Shown: positions 1-8,350 of the stretch, piece after piece | Numbering within the stretch: position 1 is the stretch's first letter | Layout: the number at the start of each line of letters is the position of its first letter | Source: Dehalococcoidia bacterium | GTDB taxonomy: Bacteria > Chloroflexota > Dehalococcoidia > Lucifugimonadales > Australimonadaceae | DNA length: 64,000 nt | NCBI GenBank assembly: GCA_965247635.1 | Contig: CBDFHJ010000008.1 | Coordinates: 394,734-458,733, forward strand | Direction: 5' to 3' | The notes under the pieces: generated by a model | What the model was told of the DNA's origin: nothing | Seen by the model: the letters and a program-made list of their open reading frames with translations, nothing else | The model's database searches: none | Made by a program: the position numbers and the translations under genes

Positions 1-756
1 CGGCCGCTCCTGCCGGCTTTCGTAGCGGACCAGGATGACGGTGAAGACCACCGCCGTGGCGATCAGAGCGATGGGCAGCAGCACCGACACGCCACCTCGT
101 GTCATCTGGACGCCGACCAGAAACGTGGCGGCGCAGAGCATCAGCAGCATGCTTCCCGGCAGGTCGAAGGCTTTGAACTGCGGGCGCTCCCGCTTGACGG
201 TCTCCTCGCCGCGGCTGTTCAGGAGGGAGAGCGACGTAATGAGCAAGATGCCCGCAGCGGAGATTAGGAAGACCCACCGCCAACCCCACACATCGGTGAT
301 GGTCCCCGCGATGGCGGGGATAAAGAGCGTGGCGGTGCTGATGGTACCGAAGATGATCCCCAGGGGTTTGCCGCGCTCCTGCTGCGAGAAGGCGGCGATG
401 GCGGCGGTCTGCCAGTTGGGCACCGCCATGCCCCGAACGATGCCCTCGAAAAAGCGTAGGGCGACCAAAGTCGCGATGTTGGGGGAAAAGGCGATGACCA
501 CCAAGATGACCACTTCAATGAGGCTGCCCACCGTGGCCACGCGCCGGTGGCCCAGCATGTTCCCGACGTGGGATGCAGGCACGAAGGTGCCCGCCAAGGC
601 AAGGGTAAAGACCAGGAAGACCCAGGACGCCGCGTTGGTCGACGTGTTGAGGTCCTCCGCGATGCCGGGCACCATGACGGGGATGCCCATCAGCGGCAGC
701 GTGGTGATCGTCATCCAAGCAGCGACCAGGGCGGTCGCTCGCCATCGACGGGTCAT
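1..756 (-). CDS. MFS transporter, N-terminal part only (C-terminus lies beyond the window start)
   Basis: Own translation of the minus strand from ATG at 756..754: MTRRWRATALVAAWMTITTLPLMGIPVMVPGIAEDLN...GNMLGHRRVATVGSLIEVVILVVIAF...FFEGIVRGMAVPN... It stays open to position 1. It has several hydrophobic helices and an MFS motif-A-like loop. It is absent from the ORF track because no stop falls in the window. The + ORF 35..790 is its antisense shadow. Confidence 0.7.
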   Translation of the reverse strand, partial: MTRRWRATALVAAWMTITTLPLMGIPVMVPGIAEDLNTSTNAASWVFLVFTLALAGTFVPASHVGNMLGHRRVATVGSLIEVVILVVIAFSPNIATLVALRFFEGIVRGMAVPNWQTAAIAAFSQQERGKPLGIIFGTISTATLFIPAIAGTITDVWGWRWVFLISAAGILLITSLSLLNSRGEETVKRERPQFKAFDLPGSMLLMLCAATFLVGVQMTRGGVSVLLPIALIATAVVFTVILVRYESRQERP

Positions 757-942
757 AGGCCTACCTTCCGCGAGATGTGCGAGGCCGTGACCTAAGCTAA
801 GGGCCGCGGAGCGTTCGACTCCCGCTGGCCGGGGCCATTCTACCCACTGACGCCTGTCCTATGCCAGGGTGACATAAACGCAGGGAATGTCAAAACAGCG
901 GCGCTCGGCCTTGGAGTAGGCGCGGCCGTTCCCCCACCCTAA

Positions 943-965
943 CCCTCCCCCGTCGAGGGGGAGGG
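943..965. repeat. GC hairpin CCCTCCCCC-N5-GGGGGAGGG (family 3 repeat)
   Basis: Perfect 9-bp stem read directly. The same motif recurs at 5289..5311. Confidence 0.5.
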
Positions 966-1062
966 AATAGCTGCCCGCAATCCCTCGTCATACAGACATA
1001 CGGAAAAGAACGGAGGCCGCTCAATGAGCGGCCCCCAAAGTCGTCCTGTTGAGCGGCGCAGT

Positions 1063-2445
1063 CTACCAGTCGGGTCTAGCTTGGATCTCATCCCACTCGA
1101 GGTCCATGAGCTTGGCCCACATACCGTGCATGTGGAGCTGGTTCTGCTCGGTGACGCCCCAAGTGACCAGCCCATTCTTCATGAGCCCCAGGCTGTTCAG
1201 GAAGGGGTCGCCTCGTTGCTTGCGTGCCAAGCCCATGGCGTAGTGGTACGGGTAGCGGTGGGCGATGGTGCCCTTGCTGGCCTTGTGGGCGTAGTTCCAG
1301 TTCTCCATGTCGTCCTCTTCGGTCAGGCCCGCGGGCCCGCCGTAGCGCATCATGAAGTGCCTTATGAGGTCCTTGACCTCCTGAGGGGCGTCCCGCTGGA
1401 CGAAGTACCAACGCCACTGCTCCGTGGAGTCGGGACCGTTGGGTTGCCACACGCACATGGTGTGTTGCGCGGTGCCGGTGGTCCCGTTGGGGAAGAAGGT
1501 GCCAACCATGCCGGGGTTCACTCGTGCCCTGTCGCCAAGCAGCTTCCTGCGCTTGGTGTCCGCTTCCTTGAAGTACTGCTCCGCGACGGCGGAGCCCGGG
1601 TAGCCGGACATGTATTCGTAGTTTTCGGGAAGGACGAAGGAGAGCCGCCCGTGGCCGTGGTGCGAGATGTTCAGCACCTGGTTGACGAGCTGCTCGTTGG
1701 CGCCGATTTTCCCTCGGGCGCTGTGCTGGAGGTGCCTACCCTGGCCTCCGGTCGGGCTGATGCCGACCAGGTCCACCGAGCGGTGGCTGGGGTTGTGGTA
1801 GGCGTCGCCGACGAAGTTCTCGGCCCCCCACTTCCAGTTGCAAGGGATGGTCCACTTGTACACGCCAGGAATGAACTCCAGGTCGGCGTCGGAGCCGTCC
1901 GGCTTGTCCAAGAACCCTTCCAGGAAGGGCTTCATGTCGCCGATGTACTCTTCGAAGGCGGGCGCCTTGGAGTCCCACGTCGCCCAGATCAGTCCCTTGA
2001 AGTTGGCCAGCTGCGCGACTTCGACGAGACCCCATTGCGACTTGTCTAGCTCCTCCCGATACGCGTCCTTGTACCGCGGTACGCCCACCAACGACCCATC
2101 ACCTCCGTAGCTCCACCCGTGGTACGGACACGTGAACACCGGCGTGTTCCCCTCGTCGTACCGGCACACCTTCATCCCCCGGTGTCGGCACGAGTTCAGG
2201 AACACGTGAATCGTGTTGTCTCGGTCCCGGCTGAGGATGACCGACTCCTCCCCCATGCGCGAGACGAAGTAGTCGCCCGGCTTCTTCACCTGGTCCTCGA
2301 ACCCTATGAAGAGCCAGGCCCGGGCGAACACGCGCTCCTGTTCCAGCTTGTACAGCTCTTCGTCCACGAAGATGTCGCGGCTTACGACGCCGGTCTCCGT
2401 GTTTACTAGGCGGCTGCCTACTCCCTGTCCAATGTCTAGTGTCAT
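1063..2445 (-). CDS. Rieske non-heme iron aromatic ring-hydroxylating oxygenase, alpha subunit
   Basis: 460 aa. Rieske [2Fe-2S] motif CRHRGMKVC...CPYHGWSY. Mononuclear iron motif NWKWGAENFVGDAYHNPSH. Confidence 0.9.
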   Translation of the reverse strand: MTLDIGQGVGSRLVNTETGVVSRDIFVDEELYKLEQERVFARAWLFIGFEDQVKKPGDYFVSRMGEESVILSRDRDNTIHVFLNSCRHRGMKVCRYDEGNTPVFTCPYHGWSYGGDGSLVGVPRYKDAYREELDKSQWGLVEVAQLANFKGLIWATWDSKAPAFEEYIGDMKPFLEGFLDKPDGSDADLEFIPGVYKWTIPCNWKWGAENFVGDAYHNPSHRSVDLVGISPTGGQGRHLQHSARGKIGANEQLVNQVLNISHHGHGRLSFVLPENYEYMSGYPGSAVAEQYFKEADTKRRKLLGDRARVNPGMVGTFFPNGTTGTAQHTMCVWQPNGPDSTEQWRWYFVQRDAPQEVKDLIRHFMMRYGGPAGLTEEDDMENWNYAHKASKGTIAHRYPYHYAMGLARKQRGDPFLNSLGLMKNGLVTWGVTEQNQLHMHGMWAKLMDLEWDEIQARPDW

Positions 2446-2499
2446 GTACCCTACCTCCTTGATGCGTCCGTACGACGCCTCTTCACAATTGTGGGGATG

Positions 2500-3858
2500 T
2501 TACCACAACTCGTCGGCGCTTAGATTGTCCCAGCTCGTGCCGGACATCAGGTCGGCCCAGAACTTGTAGGTCCGGCGTTGGTTCATCTCGGTGGTCATCT
2601 GCTCGGCGATGAGGCCACGGTCAACGAGCCACGGCACCTTGCTCTCGCGCTGGTCGTGCCCGAGACCGATGGAGTAGTTATAGGGATAGCGCTTGGCGAT
2701 GGTGCCCTTGCTGGCCCTATGAGCGTAGTTCCAGTTCTCCATGTCGTCCTCTTCGGTCAACCCTGCGGGCCCGCCGTAGCGAATGAGGTAGTGGCGCATC
2801 ATGTCCTTCACCTCTTGCGGGGCGTCCCGCTGAACGAAGAACCAGCGCCACTGCTCGGTGTGGTCCGGGCCGTTGGGCTGCCACACGCACATGGAGTCCC
2901 CGGTGCCGGTGGTGCCATTGGGGAAGATGGTCCCGCCGCCGGCGTTCCGCAGCTTGGATCGGTCTCCCAAGAGCTTCTTGCGGCGCTCGTACGCCTCCCT
3001 GAAGTACTCCTCGGCAACCGGGTTGTTGGGGTACGTTGGAGCGTAGGGCTGGTCTTCAAAGTTATATCCAAGGGCGATACGGCCGTGGCCGTGGTGGGCG
3101 AGGTTGAACATCATGCCGGGACGGCTAACGTTGTCGGTGGTGTGCCGACCCTGCTGGCCGCTGGGGCTGATGCGCAGCAAGTCCACCGACCGGTGGGTCG
3201 GACGCCCATGGTACATATCACCGTTGAAGTTCTCGGCGCCGAACTTCCAGTTGCAGGGTAGCGTCCACTTGTAGACGCCGCCGATCACCTCCAGGTCGGC
3301 CTCGGAGCCGTCCGGCTTGTCGAACCACATCCCTAAGTATGGCTTGATATCGCCGAGGTACTCCTCGAAGGAGGGCGCCTTGGGGTCCCACGTGGCCCAG
3401 ATGGTCCCGCGGAAGCTAGCCATATGCGCCACCTCCACGAGGCCCCATTGCGACTTGTCCAGCTCCTCCCGGTACGCGTCCTTGTACTGGGGCACGCCCA
3501 CCAGGCTTCCATCGCCCGCGTAGCTCCACCCGTGGTACGGACACGTGAATACCGGCGTGTTCCCCTCGTCGTACCGGCACACCTTCATCCCCCGGTGCCG
3601 GCACGAGTTCAGGAACACGTGGATCGTGTTGTCCCGGTCCCGGCTCAGGATCACCGACTCCTCCCCCATGCGCGAGACGAAGTAGTCGCCTGGCTTCTTC
3701 ACCTGGTCCTCGAATCCCACGAACAGCCAGCAACGGGCGAACACCTGCTCCTTCTCGATCTCGTACAGGTCCGGGTCCACGAAGATCTCACGGCTGATGG
3801 TGCCGTTCTTCATGTCGACCAGTCCGGTTGCCAACCGCTGTCTGATGTTCAATGCCAT
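2500..3858 (-). CDS. Rieske non-heme iron ring-hydroxylating oxygenase, alpha subunit (tandem paralogue)
   Basis: Same Rieske motif plus NWKFGAENFNGDMYHGRPTH. Start moved to ATG 3858..3856 (MALNIRQRLATG...) by alignment with the N-terminus of the neighbouring paralogue. The ORF track extends to 3930. Confidence 0.88.
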   Translation of the reverse strand: MALNIRQRLATGLVDMKNGTISREIFVDPDLYEIEKEQVFARCWLFVGFEDQVKKPGDYFVSRMGEESVILSRDRDNTIHVFLNSCRHRGMKVCRYDEGNTPVFTCPYHGWSYAGDGSLVGVPQYKDAYREELDKSQWGLVEVAHMASFRGTIWATWDPKAPSFEEYLGDIKPYLGMWFDKPDGSEADLEVIGGVYKWTLPCNWKFGAENFNGDMYHGRPTHRSVDLLRISPSGQQGRHTTDNVSRPGMMFNLAHHGHGRIALGYNFEDQPYAPTYPNNPVAEEYFREAYERRKKLLGDRSKLRNAGGGTIFPNGTTGTGDSMCVWQPNGPDHTEQWRWFFVQRDAPQEVKDMMRHYLIRYGGPAGLTEEDDMENWNYAHRASKGTIAKRYPYNYSIGLGHDQRESKVPWLVDRGLIAEQMTTEMNQRRTYKFWADLMSGTSWDNLSADELW

Positions 3859-4054
3859 GGCACCCCCCACTTGCTTACCTAACGCTCCAAAATTGGCCCT
3901 TGGGACCACGGGAATCATACTGCCGTCCAAGAAGGGTGACCAGCATGGCAGGCACTAGGTGTTGGCGGTCCAACACCTACGAAAGACCACTGAGTAGGAA
4001 AGCAGGGTTGCCCTCGGCGTAAGATAGAGGGGGTCCCTAACCAGGAGGTGTCCC

Positions 4055-5275
4055 TTGGACGCACCGCGCGAGGTCCTCATCCGGTTCCACGAAGTGGCGT
4101 TGAAGGGCCGAAACCGGCCCCTGTTCATCAACGCCCTGGTGGACGGCGTGCGTCGTGCCACTGACGGCCTGGGCGTGCGTCGGGTGTGGGCGGTCCATCT
4201 GATGGTCCGCATGACCCTGGAGCCTGAGGCCAGCTGGGAGGCGGTGCGCGGGCGGCTTGCCGCCGTCTCGGGGGTGGCGAAGTTCAGCCTGGCCCACCGG
4301 GTGCGGTCGAGTTACGAAGCCATCGAGCCGTTGATACTGGCGCTCGCCGACGAGTCGCAGCCCGCCTCGTTCCGCATCAGCGCGCACCGGGCGGACAAGC
4401 GCTTTCCTCTTACTTCGCGAGAGCTGAACATACGCCTTGGCGCCGCGGTCCAAGCCCGGAGCGATATACCCGTGGACCTGACCAGTCCGGCCCTGGATGT
4501 CCACGTGGAGGTCCTGCCGCGGGAGGTCTTCGTATACACCCATGAGGAGCGGGGGGCCGGAGGCCTGCCCGTAGGGACCGGCGGGCGGACCGTGTGCCTC
4601 ATGTCCGGCGGAATCGACTCGCCCGTGGCGGCGTGGCGGATGGTCCACCGCGGCTGTGTGGCCACGCTGGTCCACTTCCATAGCTTCCCACTGGTCGAGG
4701 GCCGCTCGCGGGAAAAGGCCAAGGAGCTGGCGGAGATCCTGACCCGCTACCAGTACGACTCCAGGCTCTACCTGGTGCCCTTCGCGGACCTTCAGAAGCG
4801 GGTGATCCTCAGCGTTCCGGGACCATTGCGCGTGGTGGCCTACCGGCGCTTCATGCTGCGTATCGCCGAGGCCATCGCCAAGCAAGAGGGCGCCATGGCG
4901 TTGGTAACGGGCGAGAGTCTGGGCCAGGTCAGCTCGCAGACGCTTCAGAACATGGCGACCATCGAGCAGGCGGTGGCGATGCCGGTGCTGCGCCCCCTGG
5001 TCGGCATGGACAAGCAGGAGATCATCGACCAGGCCCAACGGCTGGGGACCTACGAGACCTCCATCCTGCCGGACGAAGACTGCTGCACGTTGTTTGTGCC
5101 GCGGTCGCCGGCCACCCGGGTACACGTGGCCCAGATGGAGCGGCTGGAGGCGGAGCTGGACGTGGCGGGGTTGGTCAGCCAGGCGGTGGCAGGGGCCGAT
5201 CTGGTGGAATACCACCAGGGCAGCCTGGAACACCCCGCCCAGCCGGCGGTGGCCCCGGCACACCGGAGCGTGTAG
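4055..5275 (+). CDS. thiI: tRNA 4-thiouridine(8) synthase / sulfurtransferase ThiI
   Basis: 406 aa. THUMP-like N-terminal part, PP-loop SGGIDSPVAAW, GESLGQVSSQT, and DCCTLFVP near the C-terminus. Confidence 0.9.
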   Translation: MDAPREVLIRFHEVALKGRNRPLFINALVDGVRRATDGLGVRRVWAVHLMVRMTLEPEASWEAVRGRLAAVSGVAKFSLAHRVRSSYEAIEPLILALADESQPASFRISAHRADKRFPLTSRELNIRLGAAVQARSDIPVDLTSPALDVHVEVLPREVFVYTHEERGAGGLPVGTGGRTVCLMSGGIDSPVAAWRMVHRGCVATLVHFHSFPLVEGRSREKAKELAEILTRYQYDSRLYLVPFADLQKRVILSVPGPLRVVAYRRFMLRIAEAIAKQEGAMALVTGESLGQVSSQTLQNMATIEQAVAMPVLRPLVGMDKQEIIDQAQRLGTYETSILPDEDCCTLFVPRSPATRVHVAQMERLEAELDVAGLVSQAVAGADLVEYHQGSLEHPAQPAVAPAHRSV

Positions 5276-5288
5276 CACTTATGGGTTG

Positions 5289-5311
5289 TCCTCCCCCTTG
5301 ACGGGGGAGGA
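5289..5311 (+). terminator. Hairpin TCCTCCCCC-TTGAC-GGGGGAGGA just after the thiI stop (family 3 repeat, possible terminator)
   Basis: 9-bp GC stem 14 nt after the stop codon. There is no clear T-tract, so terminator function is inferred only. Confidence 0.4.
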
Positions 5312-5498
5312 CTGAGGTGGGGGTGAAGGAACAAAAACCCCACACGCTTAGCTTCGCGCGTCCCCAAGCTACAGAAACCCTCGGCCGGTCCAATGCCTAG
5401 GCAGCCGGAGTCCCCGGTGCTATGCTCACCACGTCTGGCGCGAGGCCCGCCGGAGCAGGCCAGGCGGAATCCCGTGTGCCCGTGTAAAGGAGGAGACC

Positions 5499-6335
5499 AT
5501 GACGACTGCTACACAGCTAACGGAAGAGGCGACCAGCAGGTACGCGCAGGCCGGCGGCCACCGGGTTCATTACAACGAAGCGGGGACCGGCTCAGTGGTA
5601 ATCATGCTGCACGGCAGTGGCCCCAGCGCCAGCAGCTGGAGCAACTTCGCGCCAAGGAACCTGGCCCCCCTGTCCGCCAAACACCGAGTGCTGCTGGTGG
5701 ACCAGCTCAGCTACGGCAAGACGGACTCGGTGGTCCTAACGGAGCCTGGGGAACGGGCCCGGTCGGTCCGGGACCTGATGGACGCGCTGAGTATCGAAAA
5801 GGCTTCGCTGGTGGGCAACTCCATGGGCGGGGGCACGGCCCTCAACTTCACCGTCGAGTATCCCGAGCGTGTCGAGAAGCTGATCCTCATGGGTTCCGGA
5901 GGCGGGGGTGGCGGTAGCCTCTTTGGCCACACGCCCAGCGAGGGTATAAAGGTCGTGAACGAAACGCACGAAAACCCCACACCGGAAAACTTCCGGCGGA
6001 TGTTCGACGTCATGCTCTACGACGCTTCCTCCATCGGCGATGACGTGCTAAAGGCGAGGTCCGAGGCCGCGCAGGCCAACCCCGCTCACCAGGAGGCGCG
6101 ACGGAAGTCATCGGCCCCGTTCCGCGACCTAGGCCCTAGCCTGCCAAACATTACCGCCCCTACCCTCATCCTGCACGGACGCGACGACCGGGTCGTGCCC
6201 ATGGAGGGCTCCGTCCGGCTGGTGGGGATCATCCCCAACTCCCGGCTGGTCGTCTTCAACCACTGCGGCCACTGGATTCAGTACGAGCACGCCGACGAGT
6301 TCAACCGCCTGGTGCTGGACTTCCTGGCCCACTAG
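5499..6335 (+). CDS. alpha/beta hydrolase, meta-cleavage-product (C-C bond) hydrolase-like
   Basis: 278 aa. HGSGP oxyanion region, nucleophile elbow GNSMGG, C-terminal GHW...EH. Confidence 0.85.
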   Translation: MTTATQLTEEATSRYAQAGGHRVHYNEAGTGSVVIMLHGSGPSASSWSNFAPRNLAPLSAKHRVLLVDQLSYGKTDSVVLTEPGERARSVRDLMDALSIEKASLVGNSMGGGTALNFTVEYPERVEKLILMGSGGGGGGSLFGHTPSEGIKVVNETHENPTPENFRRMFDVMLYDASSIGDDVLKARSEAAQANPAHQEARRKSSAPFRDLGPSLPNITAPTLILHGRDDRVVPMEGSVRLVGIIPNSRLVVFNHCGHWIQYEHADEFNRLVLDFLAH

Positions 6336-6600
6336 CAGGGTTTCCCCTGCACCCACTCGCTGGGTCCCTATCGACGTGGTCAACGTAGTGCGGCTAAGCC
6401 CTCGCCGGATCGCCGGAAAGGTGCCTGTCGCTGGTTTTGAGGGTGGGGCGCACGCGGACGCAGTCCGGGCAGGGTTTCCCCTGCACCCACTCGCTGGGTC
6501 CCTATCGACGTGGTCAACGTAGTGCGGCTAAGCCCTCGCCGGATCGCTGGAAAGGTGCCAGTCGCTGGTTTTGAGGGTGGGGCGCACGCGGACGCAGTCC
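6335..6600. repeat. Tandem direct duplication, 2 x ~134 bp, intergenic
   Basis: Unit GCAGGGTTTCCCCTGCACCCACTCGCTGGGTCCCTATCGACGTGGTCAACG...GCGGACGCAGTCC begins at 6335 and again at 6469. Only a few mismatches were seen, e.g. GCCGGA/GCTGGA and GCCTGTC/GCCAGTC. Each unit starts with the hairpin GCAGGG-TTTC-CCCTGC. Confidence 0.9.
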
Positions 6601-6627
6601 AGATGCGATGTCCCCGTGCCGAAACCC

Positions 6628-6660
6628 ATGAACGGCGCTGGCTTGGCCAGCGCCGTTCAT
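6628..6660. terminator. Perfect 15-bp-stem hairpin between convergent genes (putative bidirectional terminator)
   Basis: ATGAACGGCGCTGGC-TTG-GCCAGCGCCGTTCAT. It lies between the 3' ends of 5499..6335 (+) and 6698..7687 (-). Confidence 0.6.
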
Positions 6661-6697
6661 GCTACACGATCAGGGTGATCGTCGAGAGCCAGGCCCG

Positions 6698-7687
6698 TTA
6701 AACCCTAACTGTCGCGACCTGTTCCACCAGGTCCGGGTTCTCCGCCCGGTGCGTAGAGACGCCCGCCCAGTCGGCGGTCTTGCGGCTCACCTTGCCGTCC
6801 CGGAAGAACTCCAGGAACACTTGATTGAACATGTCCGGCTGGTCGGTCTGGCCCTGGTGGCCAGCATCCGGGTAGAAGAACTGCCAGTTGGGCAGCGCCT
6901 CCTCCTGCATGTACGCATTCTCCACCGGGATGAGCGCGTCGTGCAGGCCGTACAGCATGATGGCCGGGATGTTGAGCTTGTCGAGCCGGTCCTTGGTGGT
7001 GAGCTTCTGCCGCTCTTCCGGGCTGGCCGTGCCATCCATCTGCGGCTGAAGGCTGTCCCAGTACACCTGGTACGACTCCCGATGGCGGTTGGCCGCCTGG
7101 ACGCGCATCTCCAACAAGTCATCGGTGATGCGGCTTGGGTCGTTGATGATTATGGCCATGATCTTGCGCATGGACTCGTGAGTGCCATCGAAGGTGTTGA
7201 CGTTGATGGGGCCGCCCGGCGGCGAAACCCGCCTGGAGGGGTCCACAAGGTCGCCGACGGTGCCGGCGATGGGAGCCATGCTGATCACGCGCTCGGGGTA
7301 CGTTACGACGAAATGCACCGTGTTGATACAGCCCATGGAGTTGCCCGATAGGTGAAACCGGTCGAGGCACAGCGCGTCGGCGAAATCGCGAACGAACTCC
7401 ATGTGGCTGATGATCCCCTGGCTGGGCCAGTACGCTTCCCGCGCGTCCGACAACCCAAAGGCCGGTTGGTCGGGGCAGAACACCCGGAAGCCGTTGGCTC
7501 CGAGGAACGGCGCCATGAACCTCCAACCGGCGGTCGCGGAAGACCCGGCGGCTCCGCCATGCAGCAGGATTACAGCGGGACCCGTATCGCCTGAAGTCAT
7601 GTAGTGGGCTCGGGCGCCGTTCGCCAGCCTGACCCATCGGCTGGCCATCCCAGGGACATGAATAATACCTTCCTCGGTCAGTGCCAT
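6698..7687 (-). CDS. alpha/beta hydrolase (C-C hydrolase-like)
   Basis: 329 aa. LLHGGAAGSS, nucleophile elbow GNSMGC, C-terminal GH motif (PDAGHQGQ). Confidence 0.85.
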   Translation of the reverse strand: MALTEEGIIHVPGMASRWVRLANGARAHYMTSGDTGPAVILLHGGAAGSSATAGWRFMAPFLGANGFRVFCPDQPAFGLSDAREAYWPSQGIISHMEFVRDFADALCLDRFHLSGNSMGCINTVHFVVTYPERVISMAPIAGTVGDLVDPSRRVSPPGGPINVNTFDGTHESMRKIMAIIINDPSRITDDLLEMRVQAANRHRESYQVYWDSLQPQMDGTASPEERQKLTTKDRLDKLNIPAIMLYGLHDALIPVENAYMQEEALPNWQFFYPDAGHQGQTDQPDMFNQVFLEFFRDGKVSRKTADWAGVSTHRAENPDLVEQVATVRV

Positions 7688-7867
7688 CGTTCCCTCCTTA
7701 TTATCGGTCTGCCTTACGTAAATACAGGGGCATTCGCGCTATCGGGCTAGGTTGGCGGGAGCGTAGCATGGCTTCAAGATACCGTCAATCATCGGCGCTG
7801 GACTTCCTAGCACGTCAAGCGCGGACCCCAGCGAGGGAGGAAGGATAGCCCACCCGCTGAGGGCGAA

Positions 7868-8341
7868 TCACCCTTTGAGACGCTGACCACCCGTAATCAT
7901 GAGCAGGGCCCTTTCGATGCGTCCCGCCCTGGTCTCGGCCCGCTTGGCCGACTCGATCCAGTCCACGTACTCCTTCTGGTGGGAGTACGGCATAGCCTCG
8001 AATCGGGCTTGCGCAGCCGCGTCGGCGGCCAGGGCATCGCTCAGGTCCGGCGGCACTTCCACGCGCCGGGGTGCGGTGTCCAGATCGAGGACCACTTCCA
8101 CCGTGTCGCCGGGCTCCGCGTGGGCCGCCTGCTGTAACGATTTGTTCACCACCGTGAAATGGCCGCCCTCGCCGTCGGGCATGAGGGAGCTTCGGAATGC
8201 GACGCCGTTGACCGTGCCCTGCACCGGTACCCTGGCCTTGCTCCCGTATGCCTCTTCGGCGTTAAAGGGCACCCTGAGGAACGTCCAGGCACCGACGACG
8301 TCGGGGTGAACGAGGGCCGCTTTGAAGACCTGGTGCGTCAC
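7868..8341 (-). CDS. DUF1905 / YdeI-OmpD-associated family protein
   Basis: 157 aa. GAWTFLRVPF...VPVQGTVNGVAFRSSLMP N-terminal domain plus a YdeI-like C-terminal helix region. Recognised from family memory. Confidence 0.75.
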   Translation of the reverse strand: MTHQVFKAALVHPDVVGAWTFLRVPFNAEEAYGSKARVPVQGTVNGVAFRSSLMPDGEGGHFTVVNKSLQQAAHAEPGDTVEVVLDLDTAPRRVEVPPDLSDALAADAAAQARFEAMPYSHQKEYVDWIESAKRAETRAGRIERALLMITGGQRLKG

Positions 8342-8350
8342 CGGTCGGCC

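Noticed and set aside
35-790. 251-aa + strand ORF at the window start
   Set aside because: It is the antisense of a much more convincing MFS transporter reading frame on the minus strand (1..756). Its composition (Ala/Arg/Thr/Pro-rich, no motifs) is typical of a high-GC shadow ORF.
1024-2049. 341-aa + ORF, and similar long ORFs opposite or out of frame to real genes (4037..5278 -, 2578..3261 +, 28052..29746 -, 28540..29949 +, 29943..30743 +, 37272..38486 -, 38480..39742 +, 50876..51943 -, 55703..56578 -, 56149.. N-terminal part, 60654..61949 +, 62038..62985 +)
   Set aside because: Each overlaps a gene with clear family motifs (Rieske oxygenase, ThiI, M20 peptidase, aspartase, NrdJ, PurD, PurB/PurC, HisC, HisD). 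They are low-complexity Arg/Ala/Gly/Pro-rich translations. Long stop-free antisense frames are expected in high-GC DNA.
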